The position numbers and the translations under genes are program-made. Under the pieces are notes generated by a model. That model saw nothing but the letters and a program-made list of their open reading frames with translations, made no database searches and was not told the DNA's origin. Source: Escherichia coli (lineage in GTDB: Bacteria > Pseudomonadota > Gammaproteobacteria > Enterobacterales > Enterobacteriaceae). Taken from it: DNA of 64,000 bases. Location: assembly GCF_036507355.1 (NCBI RefSeq), contig NZ_AP027877.1. One strand, given 5' to 3'. This document shows, piece after piece, positions 1-14,728 of the stretch (position 1 is its first letter; the number at the start of each line of letters is the position of its first letter).

Positions 1-1199
1 ACCGTAAAATCGGTAAACAGCTCGACCTGTACCATATGCAGGAAGAAGCGCCGGGTATGGTATTCTGGCACAACGACGGCTGGACCATCTTCCGTGAACT
101 GGAAGTGTTTGTTCGTTCTAAACTGAAAGAGTACCAGTATCAGGAAGTTAAAGGTCCGTTCATGATGGACCGTGTCCTGTGGGAAAAAACCGGTCACTGG
201 GACAACTACAAAGATGCGATGTTCACCACCTCTTCTGAGAACCGTGAGTATTGCATTAAGCCAATGAACTGTCCGGGTCACGTGCAGATTTTCAACCAGG
301 GGCTGAAGTCTTATCGCGACCTGCCGCTGCGTATGGCCGAGTTTGGTAGCTGCCACCGTAACGAGCCGTCAGGTTCGCTGCATGGCCTGATGCGTGTGCG
401 TGGTTTTACCCAGGATGACGCACATATCTTCTGTACCGAAGAACAAATTCGCGATGAAGTTAACGGATGTATCCGTTTAGTCTATGATATGTACAGCACT
501 TTTGGCTTCGAGAAGATCGTCGTCAAACTCTCCACTCGTCCTGAAAAACGTATTGGCAGCGACGAAATGTGGGATCGTGCTGAGGCGGACCTGGCGGTTG
601 CGCTGGAAGAAAACAACATCCCGTTTGAATATCAACTGGGTGAAGGCGCTTTCTACGGTCCGAAAATTGAATTTACCCTGTATGACTGCCTCGATCGTGC
701 ATGGCAGTGCGGTACAGTACAGCTGGACTTCTCCTTGCCGTCTCGTCTGAGCGCCTCCTATGTGGGCGAAGACAACGAGCGTAAGGTACCGGTAATGATT
801 CACCGCGCAATTCTGGGGTCGATGGAACGTTTCATCGGTATCCTGACCGAAGAATTCGCTGGTTTCTTCCCGACCTGGCTTGCGCCAGTTCAGGTTGTTA
901 TCATGAATATTACCGATTCACAGTCTGAATACGTTAACGAATTGACGCAAAAACTATCAAATGCGGGCATTCGTGTTAAAGCAGACTTGAGAAATGAGAA
1001 GATTGGCTTTAAAATCCGCGAGCACACTTTGCGTCGCGTCCCATATATGCTGGTCTGTGGTGATAAAGAGGTGGAATCAGGCAAAGTTGCCGTTCGCACC
1101 CGCCGTGGTAAAGACCTGGGAAGCATGGACGTAAATGAAGTGATCGAGAAGCTGCAACAAGAGATTCGCAGCCGCAGTCTTAAACAATTGGAGGAATAA
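1..1199 (+). CDS. thrS: Threonyl-tRNA synthetase, C-terminal part (5' end lies outside the window)
   Basis: Open frame from base 3 with no start in window; translation ([23 protein letters not shown]...) recognised as ThrS. Confidence 0.95.
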   Translation, partial: RKIGKQLDLYHMQEEAPGMVFWHNDGWTIFRELEVFVRSKLKEYQYQEVKGPFMMDRVLWEKTGHWDNYKDAMFTTSSENREYCIKPMNCPGHVQIFNQGLKSYRDLPLRMAEFGSCHRNEPSGSLHGLMRVRGFTQDDAHIFCTEEQIRDEVNGCIRLVYDMYSTFGFEKIVVKLSTRPEKRIGSDEMWDRAEADLAVALEENNIPFEYQLGEGAFYGPKIEFTLYDCLDRAWQCGTVQLDFSLPSRLSASYVGEDNERKVPVMIHRAILGSMERFIGILTEEFAGFFPTWLAPVQVVIMNITDSQSEYVNELTQKLSNAGIRVKADLRNEKIGFKIREHTLRRVPYMLVCGDKEVESGKVAVRTRRGKDLGSMDVNEVIEKLQQEIRSRSLKQLEE

Positions 1200-1745
<546 letters not shown>

Positions 1746-1764
1746 GGCCTTCAAGTAGCACTGT

Positions 1765-1800
1765 CTGTGGAGCCTTCGGGCTTCACAGGCTTTGTTCGCC
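1765..1800 (+). terminator. Stable 10-bp hairpin with UUCG tetraloop plus T-rich tail between infC and rpmI (attenuator/terminator-like)
   Basis: ctgtggagcc-ttcg-ggcttcacag followed by gctttgttcgcctttgtttcgttt. Confidence 0.5.
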
Positions 1801-1817
1801 TTTGTTTCGTTTATTAA

Positions 1818-2039
<222 letters not shown>

Positions 2040-2064
2040 GCCGTTAACGTTTTTAACTTTTTAA

Positions 2065-2448
<384 letters not shown>

Positions 2449-2457
2449 GCCAGTTGA

Positions 2458-2486
2458 AAGAGGGAGCTAGTCTCCCTCTTTTCGTT
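2458..2486 (+). terminator. Rho-independent terminator after rplT
   Basis: Hairpin agagggag-ctagt-ctccctct followed by tttcgttt. Confidence 0.7.
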
Positions 2487-2570
2487 TCAACGCCATCAAA
2501 ACATTGACTTTTATCGCCGTAGCCTTTTCAATAAAGGTCTTTTGAAGAGTACCAAAAGGTAACGCAAGCA

Positions 2571-2615
2571 ATGAATGCTGCTATTTTCCGCTTCTTTTTT
2601 TACTTTAGCACCTGA
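2571..2615 (+). CDS. pheM: pheST attenuator leader peptide (14 aa, 5 Phe)
   Basis: atgaatgctgctattttccgcttctttttttactttagcacctga = [14 protein letters not shown]. Confidence 0.9.
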
Positions 2616-2663
2616 ATCCAGGAGGCTAGCGCGTGAGAAGAGAAACGGAAAACAGCGCCTGAA

Positions 2664-2688
2664 AGCCTCCCAGTGGAGGCTTTTTTTG
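2664..2688 (+). terminator. pheST attenuator terminator
   Basis: Hairpin agcctcc-cagt-ggaggct followed by a T7 run, downstream of the pheM leader. Confidence 0.8.
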
Positions 2689-2856
2689 TATGCGCGTTTT
2701 GAAAAATAAAAAGCCTGTCTCATCAGGTGTAATTGTCGCAGCCAGCCTGGACACGGCCAGCGCGGAGAAACCGGAGCGTATTTAAGTACGTGAGAATTTC
2801 GAGCACTGCCCGGGACCAAAATGGCAAGTAAAATAGCCTGATGGGATAGGCTCTAA

Positions 2857-3882
<1,026 letters not shown>

Positions 3883-3893
3883 GGCAGGAATAG

Positions 3894-6284
<2,391 letters not shown>

Positions 6285-6288
6285 ACCT

Positions 6289-6588
6289 ATGGCGCTTACA
6301 AAAGCTGAAATGTCAGAATATCTGTTTGATAAGCTTGGGCTTAGCAAGCGGGATGCCAAAGAACTGGTTGAACTGTTTTTCGAAGAGATCCGTCGCGCTC
6401 TGGAAAACGGCGAACAGGTGAAACTCTCTGGTTTTGGTAACTTCGATCTGCGTGATAAGAATCAACGCCCGGGACGTAACCCGAAAACGGGCGAGGATAT
6501 TCCCATTACAGCACGGCGCGTGGTGACCTTCAGACCCGGGCAGAAGTTAAAAAGCCGGGTCGAAAACGCTTCGCCCAAAGACGAGTAA
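6289..6588 (+). CDS. ihfA: Integration host factor alpha subunit
   Basis: 99-aa [52 protein letters not shown]... Confidence 0.95.
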
Positions 6589-6602
6589 TCTGATCTAACT
6601 AA

Positions 6603-6628
6603 AAAGGCCGCTCTGCGGCCTTTTTTCT
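6603..6628 (+). terminator. Rho-independent terminator after ihfA
   Basis: Hairpin aggccgc-tct-gcggcct followed by ttttttc. Confidence 0.8.
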
Positions 6629-6688
6629 TTTCACTGTCGAAGAGTCACCGTAAAATCAACGCCATGACACTTCAGCAGAACGGATACC

Positions 6689-7669
6689 ATGCTGACACTT
6701 GCCCGCCAACAACAGCGACAAAATATTCGCTGGTTATTATGCCTGTCAGTTTTGATGCTGCTGGCGCTTCTCTTAAGCCTTTGCGCCGGTGAACAATGGA
6801 TCTCGCCAGGTGACTGGTTTTCTCCTCGTGGCGAACTGTTCGTCTGGCAAATTCGCCTGCCACGTACGCTGGCTGTATTGCTGGTTGGTGCGGCGCTGGC
6901 TATATCCGGCGCTGTAATGCAGGCGTTGTTTGAAAATCCTCTGGCAGAACCTGGACTACTTGGCGTCTCTAACGGCGCAGGCGTGGGGCTTATCGCCGCG
7001 GTATTGCTTGGGCAAGGGCAACTCCCCAACTGGGCGCTAGGGCTGTGTGCGATTGCTGGGGCGCTTATCATCACTTTAATACTCTTACGTTTCGCCCGTC
7101 GTCATCTTTCGACCAGTCGGTTATTGCTGGCTGGCGTTGCATTAGGGATTATCTGTAGCGCACTAATGACGTGGGCTATCTACTTTTCCACCTCTGTTGA
7201 TTTACGTCAGCTGATGTACTGGATGATGGGCGGTTTTGGCGGCGTAGACTGGCGGCAAAGCTGGCTGATGCTGGCATTGATCCCCGTGTTGTTGTGGATC
7301 TGTTGTCAGTCCAGGCCGATGAATATGTTAGCACTTGGCGAGATCTCGGCGCGGCAACTGGGTTTACCCCTGTGGTTCTGGCGCAATGTGCTGGTGGCAG
7401 CGACCGGCTGGATGGTTGGCGTCAGTGTAGCGCTGGCGGGTGCTATCGGCTTTATTGGTCTGGTGATCCCACATATTCTTCGGTTGTGTGGTTTAACCGA
7501 TCATCGCGTATTACTTCCCGGCTGCGCGCTGGCAGGGGCGAGCGCATTGCTGCTGGCCGATATTGTAGCGCGCCTGGCATTAGCTGCCGCAGAGCTGCCT
7601 ATTGGCGTGGTCACCGCAACGTTGGGTGCGCCGGTGTTTATCTGGTTATTGTTAAAAGCAGGACGTTAG
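6689..7669 (+). CDS. btuC: Vitamin B12 ABC transporter permease
   Basis: 326-aa hydrophobic protein [34 protein letters not shown]... Confidence 0.93.
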   Translation: MLTLARQQQRQNIRWLLCLSVLMLLALLLSLCAGEQWISPGDWFSPRGELFVWQIRLPRTLAVLLVGAALAISGAVMQALFENPLAEPGLLGVSNGAGVGLIAAVLLGQGQLPNWALGLCAIAGALIITLILLRFARRHLSTSRLLLAGVALGIICSALMTWAIYFSTSVDLRQLMYWMMGGFGGVDWRQSWLMLALIPVLLWICCQSRPMNMLALGEISARQLGLPLWFWRNVLVAATGWMVGVSVALAGAIGFIGLVIPHILRLCGLTDHRVLLPGCALAGASALLLADIVARLALAAAELPIGVVTATLGAPVFIWLLLKAGR

Positions 7670-7731
7670 CCGCAAAAAGACGGTCTATGATTAAAAGCTA
7701 AGATTTTTACTGACCACACCCAGGAGAAACG

Positions 7732-8283
7732 ATGCAAGATTCCATTCTGACGACCGTAGTGAAAGATATCGACGGTGAAGTGACCACGCTGGAGAAGTAC
7801 GCCGGTAATGTGCTGTTGATTGTCAATGTCGCCTCAAAGTGTGGCTTAACGCCGCAATATGAGCAGTTGGAGAATATTCAGAAAGCCTGGGCCGATCGAG
7901 GTTTTGTGGTGCTGGGATTCCCGTGCAACCAGTTTCTGGAACAAGAACCGGGCAGCGATGAAGAGATTAAAACTTACTGTACCACCACATGGGGGGTGAC
8001 GTTCCCGATGTTCAGTAAGATTGAAGTTAACGGCGAAGGACGCCATCCGCTGTATCAAAAATTGATTGCCGCAGCGCCGACCGCAGTCGCGCCGGAAGAG
8101 AGCGGATTCTATGCCCGTATGGTCAGCAAAGGTCGTGCACCGCTGTACCCTGATGATATTTTATGGAATTTTGAGAAATTTTTAGTTGGCAGGGACGGAT
8201 TGGTCATCCAGCGTTTTTCCCCGGATATGACGCCGGAAGATCCCATTGTGATGGAAAGCATTAAACTGGCGTTGGCAAAATAA
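7732..8283 (+). CDS. btuE: Glutathione peroxidase-family peroxiredoxin
   Basis: 183-aa protein with the CGLTPQY peroxidase motif. Confidence 0.92.
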
Positions 8284-9032
8284 TGTCTATTGTGATGCAG
8301 TTACAGGATGTTGCGGAATCTACCCGCCTGGGGCCGCTTTCTGGCGAGGTTCGGGCTGGGGAGATCCTGCATCTGGTGGGGCCGAATGGCGCGGGTAAGA
8401 GTACCTTACTGGCGCGAATGGCCGGAATGACCAGCGGTAAGGGAAGCATTCAGTTCGCGGGGCAACCACTGGAAGCATGGTCCGCAACAAAACTCGCGCT
8501 GCATCGCGCCTATCTTTCACAACAGCAGACGCCGCCGTTTGCAATGCCGGTCTGGCACTACCTGACACTGCATCAGCACGATAAAACGCGTACCGAACTA
8601 CTGAATGATGTCGCAGGGGCGCTGGCTCTTGATGACAAACTCGGACGTAGCACCAATCAACTTTCCGGCGGTGAATGGCAACGCGTACGTCTTGCTGCGG
8701 TGGTGCTGCAAATCACACCACAAGCCAATCCCGCAGGCCAATTGCTGCTTCTTGATGAGCCGATGAACAGTCTTGATGTTGCGCAACAAAGTGCGTTAGA
8801 CAAAATTCTGAGCGCGCTGTGTCAGCAAGGACTGGCGATTGTGATGAGCAGTCACGATCTCAACCACACATTGCGTCATGCGCATCGGGCGTGGTTGCTA
8901 AAAGGTGGAAAAATGCTGGCCAGTGGACGCAGAGAAGAGGTGCTCACGCCGCCAAATCTGGCGCAGGCCTATGGGATGAATTTTCGCCGTCTGGATATCG
9001 AAGGTCACAGAATGCTGATTTCGACCATCTGA
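8283..9032 (+). CDS. btuD: Vitamin B12 ABC transporter ATPase
   Basis: 249 aa with Walker [10 protein letters not shown] and signature LSGGEWQR; ATG overlaps the btuE stop (ATAATG). Confidence 0.93.
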
Positions 9033-9109
9033 TTTCATCAGTATCTTGAAAATCGGGTAATTACGACGCTAAATTAATGCAAGAATAAAAAACAGAGGAA
9101 CCGTACGGA

Positions 9110-9574
9110 ATGCGTTTCTGCCTTATTTTGATCACAGCACTGTTTCTGGCCGGGTGTAGCCACCATAAAGCACCGCCGCCAAATGCCAGACTTTCTGATT
9201 CGATTACCGTTATTGCCGGTTTGAACGACCAGCTACAAAGCTGGCATGGCACGCCGTATCGTTATGGTGGCATGACGCGGGGCGGTGTGGACTGTTCGGG
9301 ATTTGTGGTTGTGACGATGCGCGATCGTTTCGATTTGCAGCTGCCCCGAGAAACCAAAGAACAAGCCTCTATCGGCACGCAAATTGATAAAGACGAGTTG
9401 CTGCCTGGTGACCTGGTCTTTTTCAAAACGGGTTCCGGACAAAATGGTTTGCATGTAGGTATTTACGATACCAACAACCAATTTATCCACGCCTCTACCA
9501 GCAAGGGAGTGATGCGTTCCTCACTTGATAATGTCTATTGGCAGAAAAATTTCTGGCAGGCGAGACGAATCTAG
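9110..9574 (+). CDS. nlpC: NlpC/P60-family lipoprotein (peptidoglycan endopeptidase)
   Basis: 154 aa; lipobox LFLAGCS and catalytic Cys context DCSGFV. Confidence 0.9.
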   Translation: MRFCLILITALFLAGCSHHKAPPPNARLSDSITVIAGLNDQLQSWHGTPYRYGGMTRGGVDCSGFVVVTMRDRFDLQLPRETKEQASIGTQIDKDELLPGDLVFFKTGSGQNGLHVGIYDTNNQFIHASTSKGVMRSSLDNVYWQKNFWQARRI

Positions 9575-9820
9575 TATGTCGAAAAATGGACGGTGATGAT
9601 ACATCGCCGTCCATTTACTCCTGAATACAGTAGTATTTTGCAGACAACAATTCCGTAAATGGATTATTCGTTTATAATCAGGATAATCTAAAAAAAGGAC
9701 CCCTGAAAAAGTGGTTAACATGGAACAAATGAAAGTTACTCCTTATGTAATTGTTATGTCTTATGGCCTCATCCCTTTTAGCCGGATACTGAAAAACATC
9801 CTTCGAGAGGGACGGTTACC

Positions 9821-10534
9821 ATGAAGATTTTTTTGGAGAATCTTTATCATTCTGATTGCTATTTCCTGCCGATAAGAGATAACCAGCAAGACCTTGTCGG
9901 CGTTGAGTTAATTACCCATTTCTCCAGTGAAGATGGTACGGTTCGTATCCCGACGAGTCGGGTTATAGCGCAACTTACCGAGGAGCAACATTGGCAATTA
10001 TTTTCAGAGCAGTTGGAATTACTAAAATCATGCCAACATTTTTTTATTCAACATAAACTCTTTGCCTGGCTTAATTTAACGCCACAAGTGGCTACATTAT
10101 TATTAGAGAGGGATAATTACGCAGGCGAACTATTAAAATATCCGTTTATTGAACTGTTGATTAATGAGAATTACCCGCATCTCAATGAAGGAAAAGATAA
10201 TCGCGGTCTTTTATCCTTATCGCAAGTGTATCCCCTTGTGTTAGGTAATTTGGGAGCAGGCAATAGCACAATGAAAGCGGTTTTTGATGGTCTTTTCACC
10301 CGCGTCATGCTGGATAAAAGTTTTATTCAGCAACAAATCACGCACCGCTCCTTCGAACCGTTTATTCGTGCGATCCAGGCGCAAATTTCCCCTTGTTGCA
10401 ATTGCATCATCGCGGGGGGCATTGATACGACAGAAATATTGGCACAGATTACCCCCTTCGATTTCCATGCTCTCCAGGGATGCCTGTGGCCTGCCGTTCC
10501 TATAAATCAGATAACGACGTTGGTTCAGCGATAA
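9821..10534 (+). CDS. ydiV: Degenerate EAL-domain protein, anti-FlhD4C2 factor
   Basis: 237-aa MKIFLENLYHSDCYFLPIRDNQQDLVGVELITHF...; AT-rich gene. Confidence 0.88.
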   Translation: MKIFLENLYHSDCYFLPIRDNQQDLVGVELITHFSSEDGTVRIPTSRVIAQLTEEQHWQLFSEQLELLKSCQHFFIQHKLFAWLNLTPQVATLLLERDNYAGELLKYPFIELLINENYPHLNEGKDNRGLLSLSQVYPLVLGNLGAGNSTMKAVFDGLFTRVMLDKSFIQQQITHRSFEPFIRAIQAQISPCCNCIIAGGIDTTEILAQITPFDFHALQGCLWPAVPINQITTLVQR

Positions 10535-10557
10535 CCCTCCTGTTTGCTGGTGTTTAA

Positions 10558-12033
<1,476 letters not shown>

Positions 12034-12036
12034 AGG

Positions 12037-12228
12037 CTACTTGGTCAACAGCAGCTTGCCAGCCTGAGTTTTACGGAGCAGATATTCTTGCCCGTCATGA
12101 TCGATAATCAGTTTGCCATCCGGACCTAACAGTGTCTGGCTGGAAATTCGCCGAATAGGCTGCGGGGAAGCGGTCTTGTGATTGGCATCCGTTTCAGGCG
12201 TGAGTTTTCTGCTATCCGTATAACGCAT
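12037..12228 (-). CDS. ydiE: HemP-like small protein
   Basis: 63-aa [27 protein letters not shown]...; track ORF extends 9 codons further upstream. Confidence 0.8.
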
Positions 12229-12236
12229 AAAAATTA

Positions 12237-12275
12237 ATAATAATTGATATAACAATGATTCTTATTATCAATATT
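12237..12275 (-). promoter_or_regulatory. Fur-box-like AT-rich hexamer array upstream of ydiE
   Basis: Minus strand reads GATAATAAGAATCATTGTTATATCAATTATTATT, i.e. GATAAT/ATTATC-type repeats. Confidence 0.45.
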
Positions 12276-12330
12276 ATGGCTGACCAGAGCAAGCAGTAAT
12301 GTGTTGAGAAGACAACAAGTTGCGCAGAAA

Positions 12331-12354
12331 TGCCCATTCCGTCAGGAATGGGCA
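12331..12354 (-). terminator. Hairpin immediately downstream of aroH (terminator-like, weak U tract)
   Basis: Perfect inverted repeat tgcccattcc-gtca-ggaatgggca abutting the aroH stop. Confidence 0.5.
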
Positions 12355-12359
12355 CGCAT

Positions 12360-13406
12360 TCAGAAGCGGGTATCTACCGCAGAGGCGAGTTTTTCGACCA
12401 GGCGTTCGGTATCTTCCCAGCCCAGACACGGGTCGGTAATGGATTGACCGTAAGTGAGCGGCTGACCGCCGACGATTTTTTGCGTTCCTTCGCGCAGGAA
12501 ACTTTCCGCCATAATTCCAGCAATCGCCGTAGAGCCATTGCGGATTTGCTGACAAATATCCTCACAAACTTCTAACTGGCGACGGTGCTGCTTCTGGCAG
12601 TTACCGTGGCTGAAATCCACCACCAGATGTTCAGGTAAATCAAACTCGTGCAGCGTATCGCAGGCTGCGGCGATATCATCGGCATGATAATTCGGTTTTT
12701 TGCCGCCACGCATAATAATGTGGCCATACGGGTTGCCGCTGGTCTGATAGATGGTCATCTGACCATTTTTGTCTGGCGAGAGGAACATATGGCTGGCGCG
12801 GGCTGCGCGGATAGCATCCACAGCAATCCGCGTGTTGCCATCGGTACCATTTTTAAAACCTACCGGACAGGAGAGTGCCGAAGCCATTTCGCGGTGGATC
12901 TGACTTTCGGTAGTACGTGCGCCAATCGCGCCCCAACTGATTAAATCAGCAATAAACTGACCGGTCACCATATCGAGGAACTCGGTCGCGGTTGGGACGC
13001 CCAGCTCATTTACCTGTAAAAGTAATTTGCGCGCCAGTTCCAGACCGTGATTTACCCGATAGCTGCCGTTTAAATCTGGATCGGAGATTAGTCCTTTCCA
13101 GCCGACAACAGTTCGTGGTTTTTCAAAATAGGTGCGCATTACGATTTCCAGCCGTGACTGGTACTGGTTGCGCAGCGACTGCAGACGGGTGGCGTACTCC
13201 ATTGCAGCGGTGAGATCGTGGATCGAGCAGGGGCCAATAATGACCAACAGTCGCTTATCTTCACCATTGAGTATTTTTTCAATTCTGCGGCGGGAGTCGG
13301 TGACATGGGTGGCGACGCCAGGCGTTACGGGATACCGTAGCGCGAGTTCGGCGGGCGTTACCAGGCTCTCAATACGCGCAGTACGGAGTTCGTCAGTTCT
13401 GTTCAT
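12360..13406 (-). CDS. aroH: DAHP synthase, tryptophan-sensitive isozyme
   Basis: 348-aa MNRTDELRTARIESLVTPAELALRYPVT...; track ORF extends 41 codons upstream. Confidence 0.93.
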   Translation of the reverse strand: MNRTDELRTARIESLVTPAELALRYPVTPGVATHVTDSRRRIEKILNGEDKRLLVIIGPCSIHDLTAAMEYATRLQSLRNQYQSRLEIVMRTYFEKPRTVVGWKGLISDPDLNGSYRVNHGLELARKLLLQVNELGVPTATEFLDMVTGQFIADLISWGAIGARTTESQIHREMASALSCPVGFKNGTDGNTRIAVDAIRAARASHMFLSPDKNGQMTIYQTSGNPYGHIIMRGGKKPNYHADDIAAACDTLHEFDLPEHLVVDFSHGNCQKQHRRQLEVCEDICQQIRNGSTAIAGIMAESFLREGTQKIVGGQPLTYGQSITDPCLGWEDTERLVEKLASAVDTRF

Positions 13407-13551
13407 TACAAGTCTCAGAAATTTGTTGCTTCTACGGCAGGACTGCCGGGAAGTGATGCGCATCACGATAAACCAATCGCTGCTGATTTCAAGTGCGAGG
13501 TGTGTCACACCTCGCCGGGTGGTTAGCATGATAACAAAAAAATAAGCTAAT

Positions 13552-13569
13552 GCACTAGTTCTCTAGTAC
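13552..13569 (-). promoter_or_regulatory. TrpR operator of the aroH promoter
   Basis: Minus strand GTACTAGAGAACTAGTGC matches the trp-repressor palindrome; overlaps the ppsR stop codon. Confidence 0.8.
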
Positions 13570-14396
13570 ATTCGGCGACTAAGGCCCATGATATCGAGGA
13601 TCTTGGTGGCAATCTCTTCTACCGAATAATTGGTACTGTTAATCCACGGGATCTGATTTTTACGGTACAAGGCTTCCACTTCCGCGACTTCCATCCTGCA
13701 CTGACGAAGCGAGGCATAGCGACTGTTCTCCCGACGTTCCTCGCGAATCGCCGCCAGACGTTCCGGGTCGATAGTCAGGCCGAACAATTTATGCTGAAGC
13801 GGTTTGAGCGACGCGGGTAGCACCAGATTATCCATATCGTCGGCAATAAAGGGGTAGTTTGCCGCGCGGATACCAAATTGCATTGCCAGATACAGACTGG
13901 TGGGGGTTTTACCACAGCGAGAAACACCGAGCAGGATCACCTGAGCCTGATCCAGATTGCGCAACGAAATGCCGTCATCGTGGGCGAGGGTGTAATCAAT
14001 CGCCGCAATGCGCGCATCATATTTATTGAGATTATTAGGGTTAAGGCCATGGGTACGATGAGCAATCGGCGTTGGATCCAGTTTCATCTCTTGTTGTAGC
14101 GGGGCAACCAGCGCCTGAACGATATCCTGGCAAAAGCCTTCACTTTGCAAGATGATGGCGCGAATCTCCGGCAACACGATGGAGTAGAAGACCAGCGGGC
14201 GCACGCCTGTCTGGTGATAAATTGCGTCAATCTGATCCTTCACTGCCCGTGCTCGGCTCTCATTTTCGACAAACGGCAGCGTGATGCTGCTGATAGTGAC
14301 GGGAAATTGTGACATTACTGCGTGTCCTAATACCTCCGCAGTTATTGCCGTACCATCAGAAATATAAAAAACGTGGCGATCAACAGCATTATCCAT
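13563..14396 (-). CDS. ppsR: PEP synthetase regulatory protein (bifunctional kinase/pyrophosphorylase)
   Basis: 277-aa [32 protein letters not shown]... Confidence 0.92.
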
Positions 14397-14627
14397 TTTG
14401 TTCTTCCCGTGATGCAGACATAATTCTATGAAAGCATAAATTAAAAACGCACAGAAGCGTAGAACGTTATGTCTGGTTTATAAAATGAACCTTCAATTTT
14501 ATTTTTTATGAAAACAGTATTTCATTTTTATGGTTTCGTTTATACCGATGGTTTATGTGGAAATTGTCGAAGAGAGCAGATTTGCGCAACGCTGGGATCA
14601 GTCTTAAAAAGTAAAAAAATATATTTG

Positions 14628-14642
14628 CTTGAACGATTCACC
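14628..14642. promoter_or_regulatory. Cra (FruR)-like site in the ppsR/ppsA divergent region
   Basis: cTTGAACGATTCAcc resembles the TGAAWCGWTTCA Cra half-palindrome. Confidence 0.45.
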
Positions 14643-14728
14643 GTTTTTTTCATCCGGTTAAATATGCAAAGATAAATGCGCAGAAATGTGTTTCTCAAAC
14701 CGTTCATTTATCACAAAAGGATTGTTCG

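Noticed and set aside
12274-12575. Small ORFs overlapping the 3' end of aroH and the ydiE-aroH spacer.
   Set aside because: They overlap the aroH terminator hairpin and coding region and give arginine-rich nonsense translations; judged non-coding.
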